Below, piece after piece: positions 38,550 through 48,164 of a DNA stretch of 64,000 bases (the stretch's first letter is position 1; every line of letters begins with the position of its first letter). Under the pieces are notes generated by a model. It was given only the letters and a program-made list of their open reading frames with translations, made no database searches and was not told the origin of the DNA. Source of the stretch: an uncultured Myxococcales bacterium (GTDB lineage: Bacteria; Myxococcota; UBA727; JABDBI01); NCBI GenBank assembly GCA_964368985.1, contig CAYJDW010000006.1, positions 247 to 64,246 of the forward strand. The letters are read 5' to 3'. A program made the position numbers and the translations under genes.

Positions 38550-39566
38550 TTATGCCCGATTGACCACGTATAAAAACTCTTTATTACGCAGTTTTTTTAC
38601 TTGGCCAACCTTTTGGCCTTGTTGGTTATAAATACCTATTTGCGCTCCCACATATCTTTTATAGTCTATTTGATGGGTTGTTACTGTGCCAAATTGTGAT
38701 AATAAAATCTCTACATCAGCCTTGTTAATAAAGCCTTCGTCACTAAAAGAAAGTACAATATTACGGGTATTTAGGTTGCTAAGAACGTTGGTGAGAGACT
38801 GGTGGAATCGGCGCTTTGAGTTAAAATCGCTCTTGACGCTTTGGCAATCTATTCGTTTTTGGGCGCGGCCATATAAGTCGGGGCGGTCATTGCGCACGAG
38901 CGTTTCCCAAATGTGATAATTGCCACGATAGCTGTGCTGGTTATAAGGCGGATCGAGATAAGCCACATCACACTGGATTTTTTTGGCAGCCTCTTCAGCA
39001 TCGGAACAATGAGCCTGATATTGACGCCCTTGATGGGCCGCTGCCAATTTAGGAATCCTTAAAGTAAGCGGTAAATGGGCGCGCGGAGCCCAGTCTTTTA
39101 GGAAGGCCATTTGAATCCCGCAAGTGGAATCTACCCGATCAGCAGCTTCCATCAAACTTACCAATAATACTGAGCGTACGCGATCATTGACATCGAGATG
39201 TTCAATGGCGCCGCGAATAGCATCGATTTTTTCACCGTTTTTAGGGTGAAAGAAACGCGCATTTAAACAGTAGTTGTTGGTGAAGAAATCTGCCTTTCCT
39301 GGAAGGTTATTTAAGTGATTAATAATCTCAATAAAATTATCTGGTAAATCATTTGTGCTGGTTTCTAAATAGCAACGTGCAATATGGTAAGCGAATAAAT
39401 TGTGATCGTTAGCAAACACTGAATAGCCTTGCTCTTTAAGGGCAAAGCCCACTCGCGAGGTGCCTGAAAAAAGGTCCAATACGGATTGGCAGTCGGGGAA
39501 ACTTACTTTGATGGTTTCGATAATCCAGGCTATCAACTGCCTCTTCGAACCCAAATATTTAATCAT
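38550..39566 (-). CDS. Dam-family (alpha-class) N6-adenine DNA methyltransferase, apparently orphan
   Basis: Motif X is 'YLGSKRQL', motif I is 'DLFSGTSRVGF' and motif IV is 'LDPPY'. No restriction endonuclease gene lies adjacent. Confidence 0.75.
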   Translation of the reverse strand: MIKYLGSKRQLIAWIIETIKVSFPDCQSVLDLFSGTSRVGFALKEQGYSVFANDHNLFAYHIARCYLETSTNDLPDNFIEIINHLNNLPGKADFFTNNYCLNARFFHPKNGEKIDAIRGAIEHLDVNDRVRSVLLVSLMEAADRVDSTCGIQMAFLKDWAPRAHLPLTLRIPKLAAAHQGRQYQAHCSDAEEAAKKIQCDVAYLDPPYNQHSYRGNYHIWETLVRNDRPDLYGRAQKRIDCQSVKSDFNSKRRFHQSLTNVLSNLNTRNIVLSFSDEGFINKADVEILLSQFGTVTTHQIDYKRYVGAQIGIYNQQGQKVGQVKKLRNKEFLYVVNRA

Positions 39567-40133
39567 GCTTCACAAGCCTTCTTAAAATGACGATACAGCG
39601 ACCTATTCTAAAAACCTATAATTTACCAGAGAGTTCACTCACTATAAAATACTTCTTGCATTTCAAATAGAAAGGCTCTCTTGTTTTCTCAAAAATGAAT
39701 ATCTCGAAAGCAGATTAATTATTGCTAAGAAAATTTTTGAGGCAACATAGTTATTTTTGATGAAGTAATTATTTTTTGCAACTTCGTTTATTTCGCCGAA
39801 GTTTTCTTGCAACGAATGGTTGAGGCAGAAAGTCTTTTTTGGCTAGATAGTATGGGCTATAACGAGAAAATTGGGTCATCTCTAATTTCTGCTTAAATAA
39901 GCAGGTTATGACGTTTTTTACTATCTAATTTAGCGGTATCTTAAATGCTTTTTAAGGTGATTATTTAGGGCGCGAAATGTTTTTGTATCAATTAAAAATC
40001 GAGATTTGCCGCAATCCGAATGTGCGGATAGCTTCAAGTTTTTGGATTTTGGCCAAGAACCCGACTAGGAAATCTTTAAGCTCGAGGTAGCATCGCTTAG
40101 ATTAGAAAAGTTAAAAACGAGCAAAACGCACAC

Positions 40134-42602
40134 ATGGGCAAAATTAAAAAGAAAAATCGTATCGGTTCGCGGTGGGTGATACTGGCATTGTTTAGCGGCA
40201 TGATGCTGCTTGCAGCTAGTCTTTCGGTGATGTTTTGGCTGGCCCAAAAAGATTTGCCTAATCTTGATGCTTTAAAAAATTACCAGCCTCCCCAAAGTAC
40301 GGTGGTCTATGACCGCAATCAGCGCGTGGTAGGGCGTTTTTTTGACGAGCGGCGAACGGTTATTTCCGTTAAAAAATTACCCCGCCATGTGGTAGAGGCA
40401 TTTGTTGCCGTTGAAGATGGCAGTTTTTTTGAACACCATGGTCTCGATTATTTTGCCATAATGAGAGCCGTTATTTTAGAAGTTAAATACCGTACTATTG
40501 GTGGACGACGGGTAGGAGGGAGCACGATTACCCAACAAACCGCGCGCGATATGCTCTTAAGTTCAAGCCAAACTTATATGCGAAAAATAAAAGAGATATT
40601 ATTGGCGCGACGTATTGAGCAGGCCTTGTCGAAAGATCAGATTTTGCATCTTTATTTAAACCAAATTTATTTTGGTAATGGCGCTTATGGTATTGAAGAA
40701 GCGGCACTCACTTATTTCTTTAAGCCAGCCGCCAAATTGGAACTTTTCGAAGCAGCGGCTCTCGCGTCCATTCCTAAAAGTCCCAATCGCATCAATCCTT
40801 TTGCTGACACAGTGCGCTTGAAAGAACGGCAGGCCTATGTGCTCGATCAAATGGTGAAGCTTGGGTTTACCGACGAGAAAAAGGCGCTTGCCGCGAAGAA
40901 TGCTTTGCTCTTTAGTGCGAGCTCAGGCAAAAATAGCCGCGCTACTGCACCTTATTTTCTCAGTGCAGTTCGCAATGATTTGGTTCCTAGGGTGGGTGAA
41001 GAGGTTATTCGAAAAGGCGGTCTAAAAGTTTATTCTTCCCTTGATTTGGATATGCAAGTATTGGCTGAAGAATCGCTCCAAAGTGGGCTAAGAGCGCTTG
41101 ATAAGCGTAATGGTTTTAGGGGGCCCTTACTTCGGCCTGATGATGCGCAATCGAGGGTGCTCAAGGAAAAACTGGCTACTTTTAAGGAAGCGGCTTTCGT
41201 GGGGTCCGGACCAAAAAGAGTTTGGGATCTGCGGCGCTTAGCTAAAAATAATATGAAGAGGGATATAAGCTCTCTCGTGGCCAACTCGAGAATTTTGTCG
41301 CCCGAAGAAGGCCTGATTATTGGCGTTCGCGTGGAAAAAGTGAACGAACAAACCAATGTTGCTATGGTGGATGTGGGTTCTCGCCTGATTGAGCTTCCTC
41401 TTCGCGGCCTTACATGGGCAAAACCCAAAGAGGGCGTTAAAAAAGTGTCAGAAATTTTGAAGGCCGACGATATAATTCTGATCAAGCTTAACGACGTGAA
41501 AAGCAAAATGTGGGCAAGTCTTGAGCAAGTGCCGCTTATCAACGGTGGTCTAGTTGCCCTTGATGTGGAGACCGGCGGTGTTTTGGCAATGGTGGGTGGC
41601 TATGATTTTGACGAATCGCCATTTAATCGCATTATGCAGGCAAAAAGGCAGCCTGGTTCGGGGATGAAGCCTTTGATTTATGCCCAGGCTATTGATCGCG
41701 AATTAGTAACGGCAGCAACCATTATTACCGATGCTCCCAAAGCTTTTTTTGACCCAGGCACTGAAGAATATTGGCGGCCTCGTAACCATACCAATAAATA
41801 TTTGGGTGATATTACGGTGCGTCATTGTTTGCGCTCATCGATAAATACCTGCACTATTACCTTGCTTGAGAAAATTGGCATCGATAGTTTCTTGAACTTC
41901 GCCAAAGACGTAGAGCTTGTAAGCCCCATTACCCCCTTTCCTCGCAATCTTACGGTTGCGCTTGGAAGTGCGGAAATATTTCCCATTAATCTCGCCAATT
42001 CCATGCGCCTATTGGCCCGCCAAGGACGATATTCGCCTTATCATTTGATTGGCAAGGTGAAGTTGTCCTCGGGCAGCGTGCAGGAGATGGAGCGTGTGGC
42101 GGACAAGCAGCTCCTAAGGCCTGAGTCGGCTTATATCGTCACCAATATTTTGCAGGGAGTTATTTCGGGCAATAATAGGGCAAAATATTTAAGCGAGGTT
42201 ATGACACCCTTGGCGGGTAAAACCGGCACCACCAATAACGTTCGCAGTACTTGGTTTTTTGGTTATTCGCCTAAAGTGTTGGCTTTGGTATTTATTGGTT
42301 ATGACGATAATCGCAGTATCGGTGCCACCGAGTGGGGTGTGACCACAGCTTTTCCTATTTGGGCGCGTTTCATGAATGGGATTAAAGAGAATCATGAACC
42401 TTTTTCTTTTGTACAACCTGAAAACCTTGAGTGGCGCACCATCGATACCACCACGGGTCAAGGGCAGGATGACGAAGATCCTAATCCCATGGCAGGTCAG
42501 TTGATGAGCGAAGTATTTATCCGGGGCACGGCTCCCGTTGCGGTGGAAGAGCGTGAAAATACGCGAATAGAAGTGCTCGATAACTCGGCCTTTGCCCCTT
42601 AA
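40134..42602 (+). CDS. mrcA: Class A penicillin-binding protein (PBP1A; glycosyltransferase plus transpeptidase)
   Basis: GT51 motifs are 'EDGSFFEHHG' and 'GGSTITQQ'. The transpeptidase motifs are 'SGMKP' (SxxK), SxN and KTGT. Confidence 0.85.
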   Translation: MGKIKKKNRIGSRWVILALFSGMMLLAASLSVMFWLAQKDLPNLDALKNYQPPQSTVVYDRNQRVVGRFFDERRTVISVKKLPRHVVEAFVAVEDGSFFEHHGLDYFAIMRAVILEVKYRTIGGRRVGGSTITQQTARDMLLSSSQTYMRKIKEILLARRIEQALSKDQILHLYLNQIYFGNGAYGIEEAALTYFFKPAAKLELFEAAALASIPKSPNRINPFADTVRLKERQAYVLDQMVKLGFTDEKKALAAKNALLFSASSGKNSRATAPYFLSAVRNDLVPRVGEEVIRKGGLKVYSSLDLDMQVLAEESLQSGLRALDKRNGFRGPLLRPDDAQSRVLKEKLATFKEAAFVGSGPKRVWDLRRLAKNNMKRDISSLVANSRILSPEEGLIIGVRVEKVNEQTNVAMVDVGSRLIELPLRGLTWAKPKEGVKKVSEILKADDIILIKLNDVKSKMWASLEQVPLINGGLVALDVETGGVLAMVGGYDFDESPFNRIMQAKRQPGSGMKPLIYAQAIDRELVTAATIITDAPKAFFDPGTEEYWRPRNHTNKYLGDITVRHCLRSSINTCTITLLEKIGIDSFLNFAKDVELVSPITPFPRNLTVALGSAEIFPINLANSMRLLARQGRYSPYHLIGKVKLSSGSVQEMERVADKQLLRPESAYIVTNILQGVISGNNRAKYLSEVMTPLAGKTGTTNNVRSTWFFGYSPKVLALVFIGYDDNRSIGATEWGVTTAFPIWARFMNGIKENHEPFSFVQPENLEWRTIDTTTGQGQDDEDPNPMAGQLMSEVFIRGTAPVAVEERENTRIEVLDNSAFAP

Positions 42603-42612
42603 GGTAAATGGA

Positions 42613-42718
42613 TTGTTGCATAACCGACGGCCTGTTTTGTCTCAACAACTCCTCTCCCGCAAGCGAGAGAGGGAGCGTGGTGATTGGCTTTAGCCTCAAA
42701 ATCTATATGCAATAACGC
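42613..42718. repeat. MITE/REP-like element, copy 2 (short form; ends ttgttgcataa … tatgcaataa)
   Basis: It shares the tctcaacaactcctc…gggagcgtg core and TIR-like ends with copy 3, and lies between convergent 3' ends. Confidence 0.6.
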
Positions 42719-42753
42719 TTTTTCAGAGGAGTTTGGTAAGGCTATCCTGGCGA

Positions 42754-45429
42754 TTATTTTCGAAGCCTCTCAAACCGAGCTTTCCGCCACACCCGAATAA
42801 TAAAAATAAATAAACTTAAAATACCCAAGAGCCCCGGATTAGTTGTGCTACATCCGAGCTCCTCGAGCTCTTCCTCGGGCTCACTTGCCTCCAAACTAAA
42901 ATCACAATTGGATCGGTCAACAGTACCATCCATTTCAAAGCTAACTTGCAGGTTATCTAGTATATATTTAAAGTCATAACTTACCAAAGAGAGATATATT
43001 ATTTTTTGCTCGCAACGTTCAAAATCGAGCGACATTGAGGCTGTCCAATAACCCTTATCAAAAACAGCTTTGGCGCTTTCTTCGCTAATACTCTCGTTGT
43101 TTCGATAAGGCAGCGAGTGAGCTTTTTTAAATTTCCAAACGATGGGTTGATCAAGGCTTGAAATCACGCCCAAGGGAATAATATTGGCGGTGGAATCGGG
43201 GGTGCTTTCGGTGCCTAAGAGAGCTCCCGTGCCTCCAAGAAATTGTTTCCACGACAGGGTCATCTTTTTGGCGCCAGCGGGAATGGCTATTTCGAGTTGG
43301 GAGCTGGATGGCGCATAGTTTTTTAAGCCGATTTGATTTTTCGATGGAATGAACATCATCTTTTTAGTTCGCGTCTTTAGGTGGTTCGAATCATCGACAC
43401 TCGAGAGGATATAGGCGCGAAAACAATCCTTCACTCCTCGACTTTCGAGGACTTGTTCAGCCATTTTTGCGACTGCCTCGCCTAAAGATGGACGGGCTTT
43501 TATCGTTTCGATAAGTTTTTGGCTTTGGGTTTTAAAATCTTCACTGACGCTAGCCTTTGAAAGCGCGGCTAAAACAGCGCGATCAAACTCAATAGCCCCC
43601 GGCATTCCTTGTGCTTCTTTAATTTTCTTGCGAATAGCCCACAGCGCCCCTGACCATACTTGAGAATCATTGTGAATTTCGCCGACGATATTGTCCGGAC
43701 AGCTCGCCTGGTTTTCGATGTTTCGCAAGCTCGCTTCACCCTCGCCCCCTCTAATGGCGGCATATTCACCAATATTGGAATCGTTGGTGAAGGCTGCGGC
43801 GAAATAATCGGACCAGCCTTCATTGAGGCTGCCTGGCTCAGAGTGAATGCCCCATTCATCGAGGCCGAGAGAATTTAGCTTATTCACAAGGGACGTGGTG
43901 ATGGCATGCATGAACTCATGGAAGACCACGTCGCCATCATAGGCAAAATCGCGGTCGCCTTGGAAAAAGACGTTGTGGTCCCAACTTTTAATTAAATCTG
44001 ACAATATTTCATCGGCTCGGGGAGTAGTGCTTTTTAGTTGGCTCAAGGCTGGCACGAAGGCGGCATTGCCCATGCGGCTAAAAGTATTGAGAACGATGGG
44101 TTTTTCCCTTGAACCTTTGCCAGCCAAGATTTGAACAATAAAGTTCTCAGGGTCAGATTGGCTGCTTCCCATTTTCATATCGGGAATAAGTTGGTTTACG
44201 AAAACTCGATAAGGATTGACTGGCTTTCCATTCTCAAGCTTCGGACTGCCATCTTTTTCGCAGGTCATCGCCGATGCTCTGAGGCACCACGTTTGGTCTT
44301 CGAGAAGAGAGCGAATATAGTTAAAAAAAGACATCATGGAAAAATAGACTTGGATTTCGCTGAAGCGGTCGATTTCCGAAGCAGGGCCGGGCTCGTCGAG
44401 AGGCTTGTCAAAAAAGCCCACCGCTTGTCCATTATTGGCTTTTAGACTGGCTTTGGCAAAGGGCAGATAGGTGCAGCGCACGGTATCGACGCTAATGGTG
44501 GGGGGCAAGGTCATCAGAGGGTCGAGGCCTAAAGAATCAGTGGGGAGCTGAACCGTTTCGCGGGTTTGTCGTGCGCCTTCGTGGCTTTCTAAGGCACAGC
44601 GCTTGTTGGAATCAGTACAGGGTCCTTCTTTGGGGCACGTATAAAACTTACAGCAGGTGCGGACTTGTAAATATTCACCTTCTAGAAAACCGTTGTCTTT
44701 GACATCGACAAGATTTTTAAGGACGACATCTTTTAAATCCTCGCTGCTTGCGCGAGAGGGGGAGGGTGAATAGACGAAAACTTGAGCTAAGGCTTGATCA
44801 AAAAAAGCGCTCTGCTCAACCTTTAAAATTTCTCCTGTTTCCGCGTCTACATAAACATCTTTAAGATCGAAGATCGATAAAGTGGGTAATCGGGTTTTAT
44901 AAACAGGCCTGAGTTCGCCAAAATGCATTAGATATACAGGCTCAAAACTGCCTTCTATTTTTTCCACGAAGGGATTTTTGATCAGTGAACTAGTTTGGAT
45001 CGCCATTGCACGTTCAAGACTTTCCGCACCGCTGAGGACAAAATGCCCATCGGGAAGTTTGAAGTGAATATATTCAAAAGTGTCGAGCTGGGAACCTTTG
45101 CTATATATAGCGTCTGCGCCCTCAACTACGATGCCGTTATAGAGTGGCGTAAGTCTTTGGACTTCTTGCCCCGCAATGGTGGTTGTTTGCGTCAAAAAAT
45201 CCAATTGGGACTCTTTGGTGTTGGCAAATGAAGAAGAGAAAAGTAGAGCTTTATGAAATTGCTTGAGCTTCGGTGGAGAGGGACTTTTAATAGCAAAGTT
45301 ATATTGTTGACCAGATTTTGCATCGTGAAGCTTGATGCTAATTTCGGACCAGGAAGAGAAGCAAAACAATAACGAGAAAATGATTGAAAAATACTTCATG
45401 GTCAGTAGTCCTTTTTGAGGATTATACAC
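42754..45429 (-). CDS. Secreted zinc metalloprotease (gluzincin; HExxH…NEGWSDY) with a C-terminal Cys-containing sorting-signal-like tail
   Basis: A signal peptide is present. 'VVFHEFMHAI' is the HExxH motif and 'NEGWSDYFAA' is the downstream Glu ligand, as in M4/M36 peptidases. The C-terminus 'GCSTTNPGLLGILSLFIFIIRVWRKARFERLRK' has a Cys, a hydrophobic helix and a basic cluster. Confidence 0.65.
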   Translation of the reverse strand: MYNPQKGLLTMKYFSIIFSLLFCFSSWSEISIKLHDAKSGQQYNFAIKSPSPPKLKQFHKALLFSSSFANTKESQLDFLTQTTTIAGQEVQRLTPLYNGIVVEGADAIYSKGSQLDTFEYIHFKLPDGHFVLSGAESLERAMAIQTSSLIKNPFVEKIEGSFEPVYLMHFGELRPVYKTRLPTLSIFDLKDVYVDAETGEILKVEQSAFFDQALAQVFVYSPSPSRASSEDLKDVVLKNLVDVKDNGFLEGEYLQVRTCCKFYTCPKEGPCTDSNKRCALESHEGARQTRETVQLPTDSLGLDPLMTLPPTISVDTVRCTYLPFAKASLKANNGQAVGFFDKPLDEPGPASEIDRFSEIQVYFSMMSFFNYIRSLLEDQTWCLRASAMTCEKDGSPKLENGKPVNPYRVFVNQLIPDMKMGSSQSDPENFIVQILAGKGSREKPIVLNTFSRMGNAAFVPALSQLKSTTPRADEILSDLIKSWDHNVFFQGDRDFAYDGDVVFHEFMHAITTSLVNKLNSLGLDEWGIHSEPGSLNEGWSDYFAAAFTNDSNIGEYAAIRGGEGEASLRNIENQASCPDNIVGEIHNDSQVWSGALWAIRKKIKEAQGMPGAIEFDRAVLAALSKASVSEDFKTQSQKLIETIKARPSLGEAVAKMAEQVLESRGVKDCFRAYILSSVDDSNHLKTRTKKMMFIPSKNQIGLKNYAPSSSQLEIAIPAGAKKMTLSWKQFLGGTGALLGTESTPDSTANIIPLGVISSLDQPIVWKFKKAHSLPYRNNESISEESAKAVFDKGYWTASMSLDFERCEQKIIYLSLVSYDFKYILDNLQVSFEMDGTVDRSNCDFSLEASEPEEELEELGCSTTNPGLLGILSLFIFIIRVWRKARFERLRK

Positions 45430-45492
45430 TGAGTAAATAATATATAAAAACTTGAGGTTATTGCAAACGAATATACCTATGCTCGCTTAAGG

Positions 45493-46506
45493 ATGAATAT
45501 GAAGAGATTTGATAAAGTGGCAGTTTTGGGCGGTGGCGCTTTTGGCGTGGCGCTGAGTAATGTCGTGGCGAAAAAATCCGCTGAGGTTGTGCTGTGGGCG
45601 CGAAATGAAGTGGTAGTGGAGGCGATTAACAGCCAGCATCGTCATCCGATCCAGCTCACTGACATTGAACTTGCCCCAAACATTCGAGCGACGACTAATT
45701 TGCAAGATGCAAGTTCTCAGGCCTCCCTTGTGATATTGGCGGTCCCTATGAATGCGATGGGTGAAGTATTGCGGGCTGCCAGTATCGATAAAGATGCCAC
45801 CATTATCAGTACAGCCAAGGGAATTATCAGCGATTCCTTGGAGCTGCCCTGCGATATTATGAAGAAAAATGTGTCGAAGGATCTAGCCTATCGCGCTTGT
45901 TATTTATCGGGCCCATCTTTTGCTATTGAACTTGCCCGGGGGCTTCCCACCGCCTTAACTATTGCGAGTCTTTGCCAGGCCTCGGCGCGAGAATTTCAAA
46001 ATCATTTTTCGAGTAAAAGTTGTCGGCTTTATTGGTCCGATGATGTCATCGGTGTTTGTGTGGGTGGCGCCATGAAAAATGTTATCGCTATTGCTGCGGG
46101 GGCTTGTACGGGGCTCGATTTAGGCCGCAATGCCTTGGCGGCTTTAATAACGCGGGGCCTCGCGGAAGTCAGCAGGCTTGCGCAAAAAATGGGAGCAAAG
46201 CCCGCCACCATGAGTGGCCTGTCGGGCGTGGGCGATCTTTTGCTGAGTTGCACCGATGATATGTCGCGAAATCATCGCCTAGGAATGTTGCTTGCGCGAG
46301 GGGCGGATTTAAAGAGCGCGCTCGCTGCTATTGGGACGGTGGTGGAAGGTGCCAAGACTGCAGAAGCGATTGTGGCGCTCAGTAAAAAATACCATATTGA
46401 AATGCCTATTAGTTATGCGGTCTATCAGGTGCTTTATGGTGGGCTTAAGCCGGAAGTTGCTATTTCAGCCCTTCTTGAACGGGCTCCGAAAGAAGAAAGA
46501 AACTGA
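45493..46506 (+). CDS. gpsA: NAD(P)H-dependent glycerol-3-phosphate dehydrogenase
   Basis: 'NVIAIAAGACTGLDLGRNALAALITRGLAEVSRLAQKMGAKPATMSGLSGVGDLLLSCTDDMSRNHRLG' is a near-canonical GpsA core. Confidence 0.85.
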   Translation: MNMKRFDKVAVLGGGAFGVALSNVVAKKSAEVVLWARNEVVVEAINSQHRHPIQLTDIELAPNIRATTNLQDASSQASLVILAVPMNAMGEVLRAASIDKDATIISTAKGIISDSLELPCDIMKKNVSKDLAYRACYLSGPSFAIELARGLPTALTIASLCQASAREFQNHFSSKSCRLYWSDDVIGVCVGGAMKNVIAIAAGACTGLDLGRNALAALITRGLAEVSRLAQKMGAKPATMSGLSGVGDLLLSCTDDMSRNHRLGMLLARGADLKSALAAIGTVVEGAKTAEAIVALSKKYHIEMPISYAVYQVLYGGLKPEVAISALLERAPKEERN

Positions 46507-47177
46507 GCACAAATGACTCTGATAGCCAACGACTTTTCGAATAAAATAACCTCGGTGGCCGCTGAGGCGATGAAATCTAAATCGTGGCTTGAGAAAATAA
46601 CAATGGCATTGTCGGCGGCGCGCTCTAATATATTGGCGGCTAAAACTTTCTTTTGGCTAAAGTCTAGAAAAACTGAAGGCTCATCGAGGAGAATCAGGCG
46701 GGCTTGGTCATTGATCAAAACTTTGGCGATATCGATCAGGCGGTGTTCTCCGCCGCTCATGTTGCTTAAAGGTCGGTGAAGTAAGTGGTGGATATTTAGC
46801 TTGTCGGCGAGTGTATCGATGCGGCTTAGTTGGGTTTGGTCGAGCCAGGAAAAACCATGGTGGGGCATGAGCCCGTGGGCGATGCGATTTTTGGCTATGC
46901 AATAAGGCTGGATCGGGGAAACCTGCTGCAGCATGGCGATTTTTTTAGCGCGCTCAAGAGGATGAAGCCCGGCAATGGGCTTTTGGTCGAGTTTTATTTC
47001 GCCGGCATGGGGCGCGAGCAATGCTCCCAAAGTGTGAAGAAAGGTGGATTTTCCAGCGCCATTATTACCCACTAAGGCGACGATAGCGCCGCTTTCCCAA
47101 ACCCCGCTAAAATTTTCGATGAGTAGTGAGGAATTTCTTATTAATCTGAGTTTATCGATGACGAGCTCAGTCTTCAT
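46434..47177 (-). CDS. ABC transporter ATP-binding protein (FecE/BtuD-type)
   Basis: The Walker A motif is 'GNNGAGKST', the signature is 'LSGGE' and the Walker B is 'ILLDEP'. The 3' end overlaps the gpsA 3' end convergently by about 73 nt. Confidence 0.8.
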   Translation of the reverse strand: MKTELVIDKLRLIRNSSLLIENFSGVWESGAIVALVGNNGAGKSTFLHTLGALLAPHAGEIKLDQKPIAGLHPLERAKKIAMLQQVSPIQPYCIAKNRIAHGLMPHHGFSWLDQTQLSRIDTLADKLNIHHLLHRPLSNMSGGEHRLIDIAKVLINDQARLILLDEPSVFLDFSQKKVLAANILERAADNAIVIFSSHDLDFIASAATEVILFEKSLAIRVICAQFLSSFGARSRRAEIATSGLSPP

Positions 47178-48162
47178 GAACCCCTCTTAGAAGCAGGAAA
47201 AAAAATACCGGCGATAATATCAGAGCGGTCAAGGCTCCAACCGGAATTTCGGTTTGCCAGCAGGCAAAGCTTAGACGGCTCAGGGTATCAAAAAAAACTA
47301 AAATAATAGCCCCTAAAAAGCTTGCGGCAGGTAAGACAAATCTTAGGTCGGGAAATATTATCAAACGCACAAAATGTGGAATCACCAGCCCCAAAAAACC
47401 AATCATGCCGGCAAAAGCTACGACGTTGCCGATCAATAAGCAGTTAGCGATGATGGCGAGCTTTACGGTGGCATGAGCATTAATGCCCAGTATGGTGGTC
47501 TCAGTGCTGCCAAACGATAAAATTTCGAGCTCTCCGCGGAGGTGAATTAATATGGCCAAACCAAGCAGCCAGGCGGGAATAATAAACCATAATTGCGAGC
47601 TTTCCACGGCGCTAATATGGCCCACTAACCAATAAAGAAGGCTTTGGGTTTTGGTGGGGGGCAGAATAGTTTTAAGCAAGGTTATTAAGGCTGCGGCCAG
47701 AGAATTGATCAGGACGCCCACAAGGAGGCAATGGCTCAAACTTTGTTTAGGTGATTTGGTTAAATAGAAAAAAATAAAAAGGAAAGCGGTTAGCCCCCCG
47801 AGGATGGCGCCAATGCTTGGGGCAAGCCAGATATTGGTGGACCAAAAGCTAATGACTAAAGCTGCACCTAAGGCCGCGCCGCCGCTTATGCCGAACAAAT
47901 GCGGGTCGGCCAATGGATTGCGAAAAATAGCTTGTAAAGAAGCCCCGCTCGCGGCCAAAGAAGAGCCGGCAATGATGGCCAACAAGGTTCGACAGCTTCT
48001 ATAATTAAAAACCGCTGCATGCTGAAGGCGATCAGTGAGGACAGCGGTAGACCACCCCAAAGGGCCCGTGATCATGGACACTAAGATGGCAAAAACGAGA
48101 AGCACACCCAAAAGGGTGAGAATTCTGCGGTTGAGCTGAGGAGTCATGACATAGTGGGGCAT
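47167..48162 (-). CDS. ABC transporter permease (FecCD/BtuC family)
   Basis: A ~10-TM protein typical of the FecCD permease family. Confidence 0.8.
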   Translation of the reverse strand: MPHYVMTPQLNRRILTLLGVLLVFAILVSMITGPLGWSTAVLTDRLQHAAVFNYRSCRTLLAIIAGSSLAASGASLQAIFRNPLADPHLFGISGGAALGAALVISFWSTNIWLAPSIGAILGGLTAFLFIFFYLTKSPKQSLSHCLLVGVLINSLAAALITLLKTILPPTKTQSLLYWLVGHISAVESSQLWFIIPAWLLGLAILIHLRGELEILSFGSTETTILGINAHATVKLAIIANCLLIGNVVAFAGMIGFLGLVIPHFVRLIIFPDLRFVLPAASFLGAIILVFFDTLSRLSFACWQTEIPVGALTALILSPVFFFLLLRGVHED

Positions 48163-48164
48163 AA

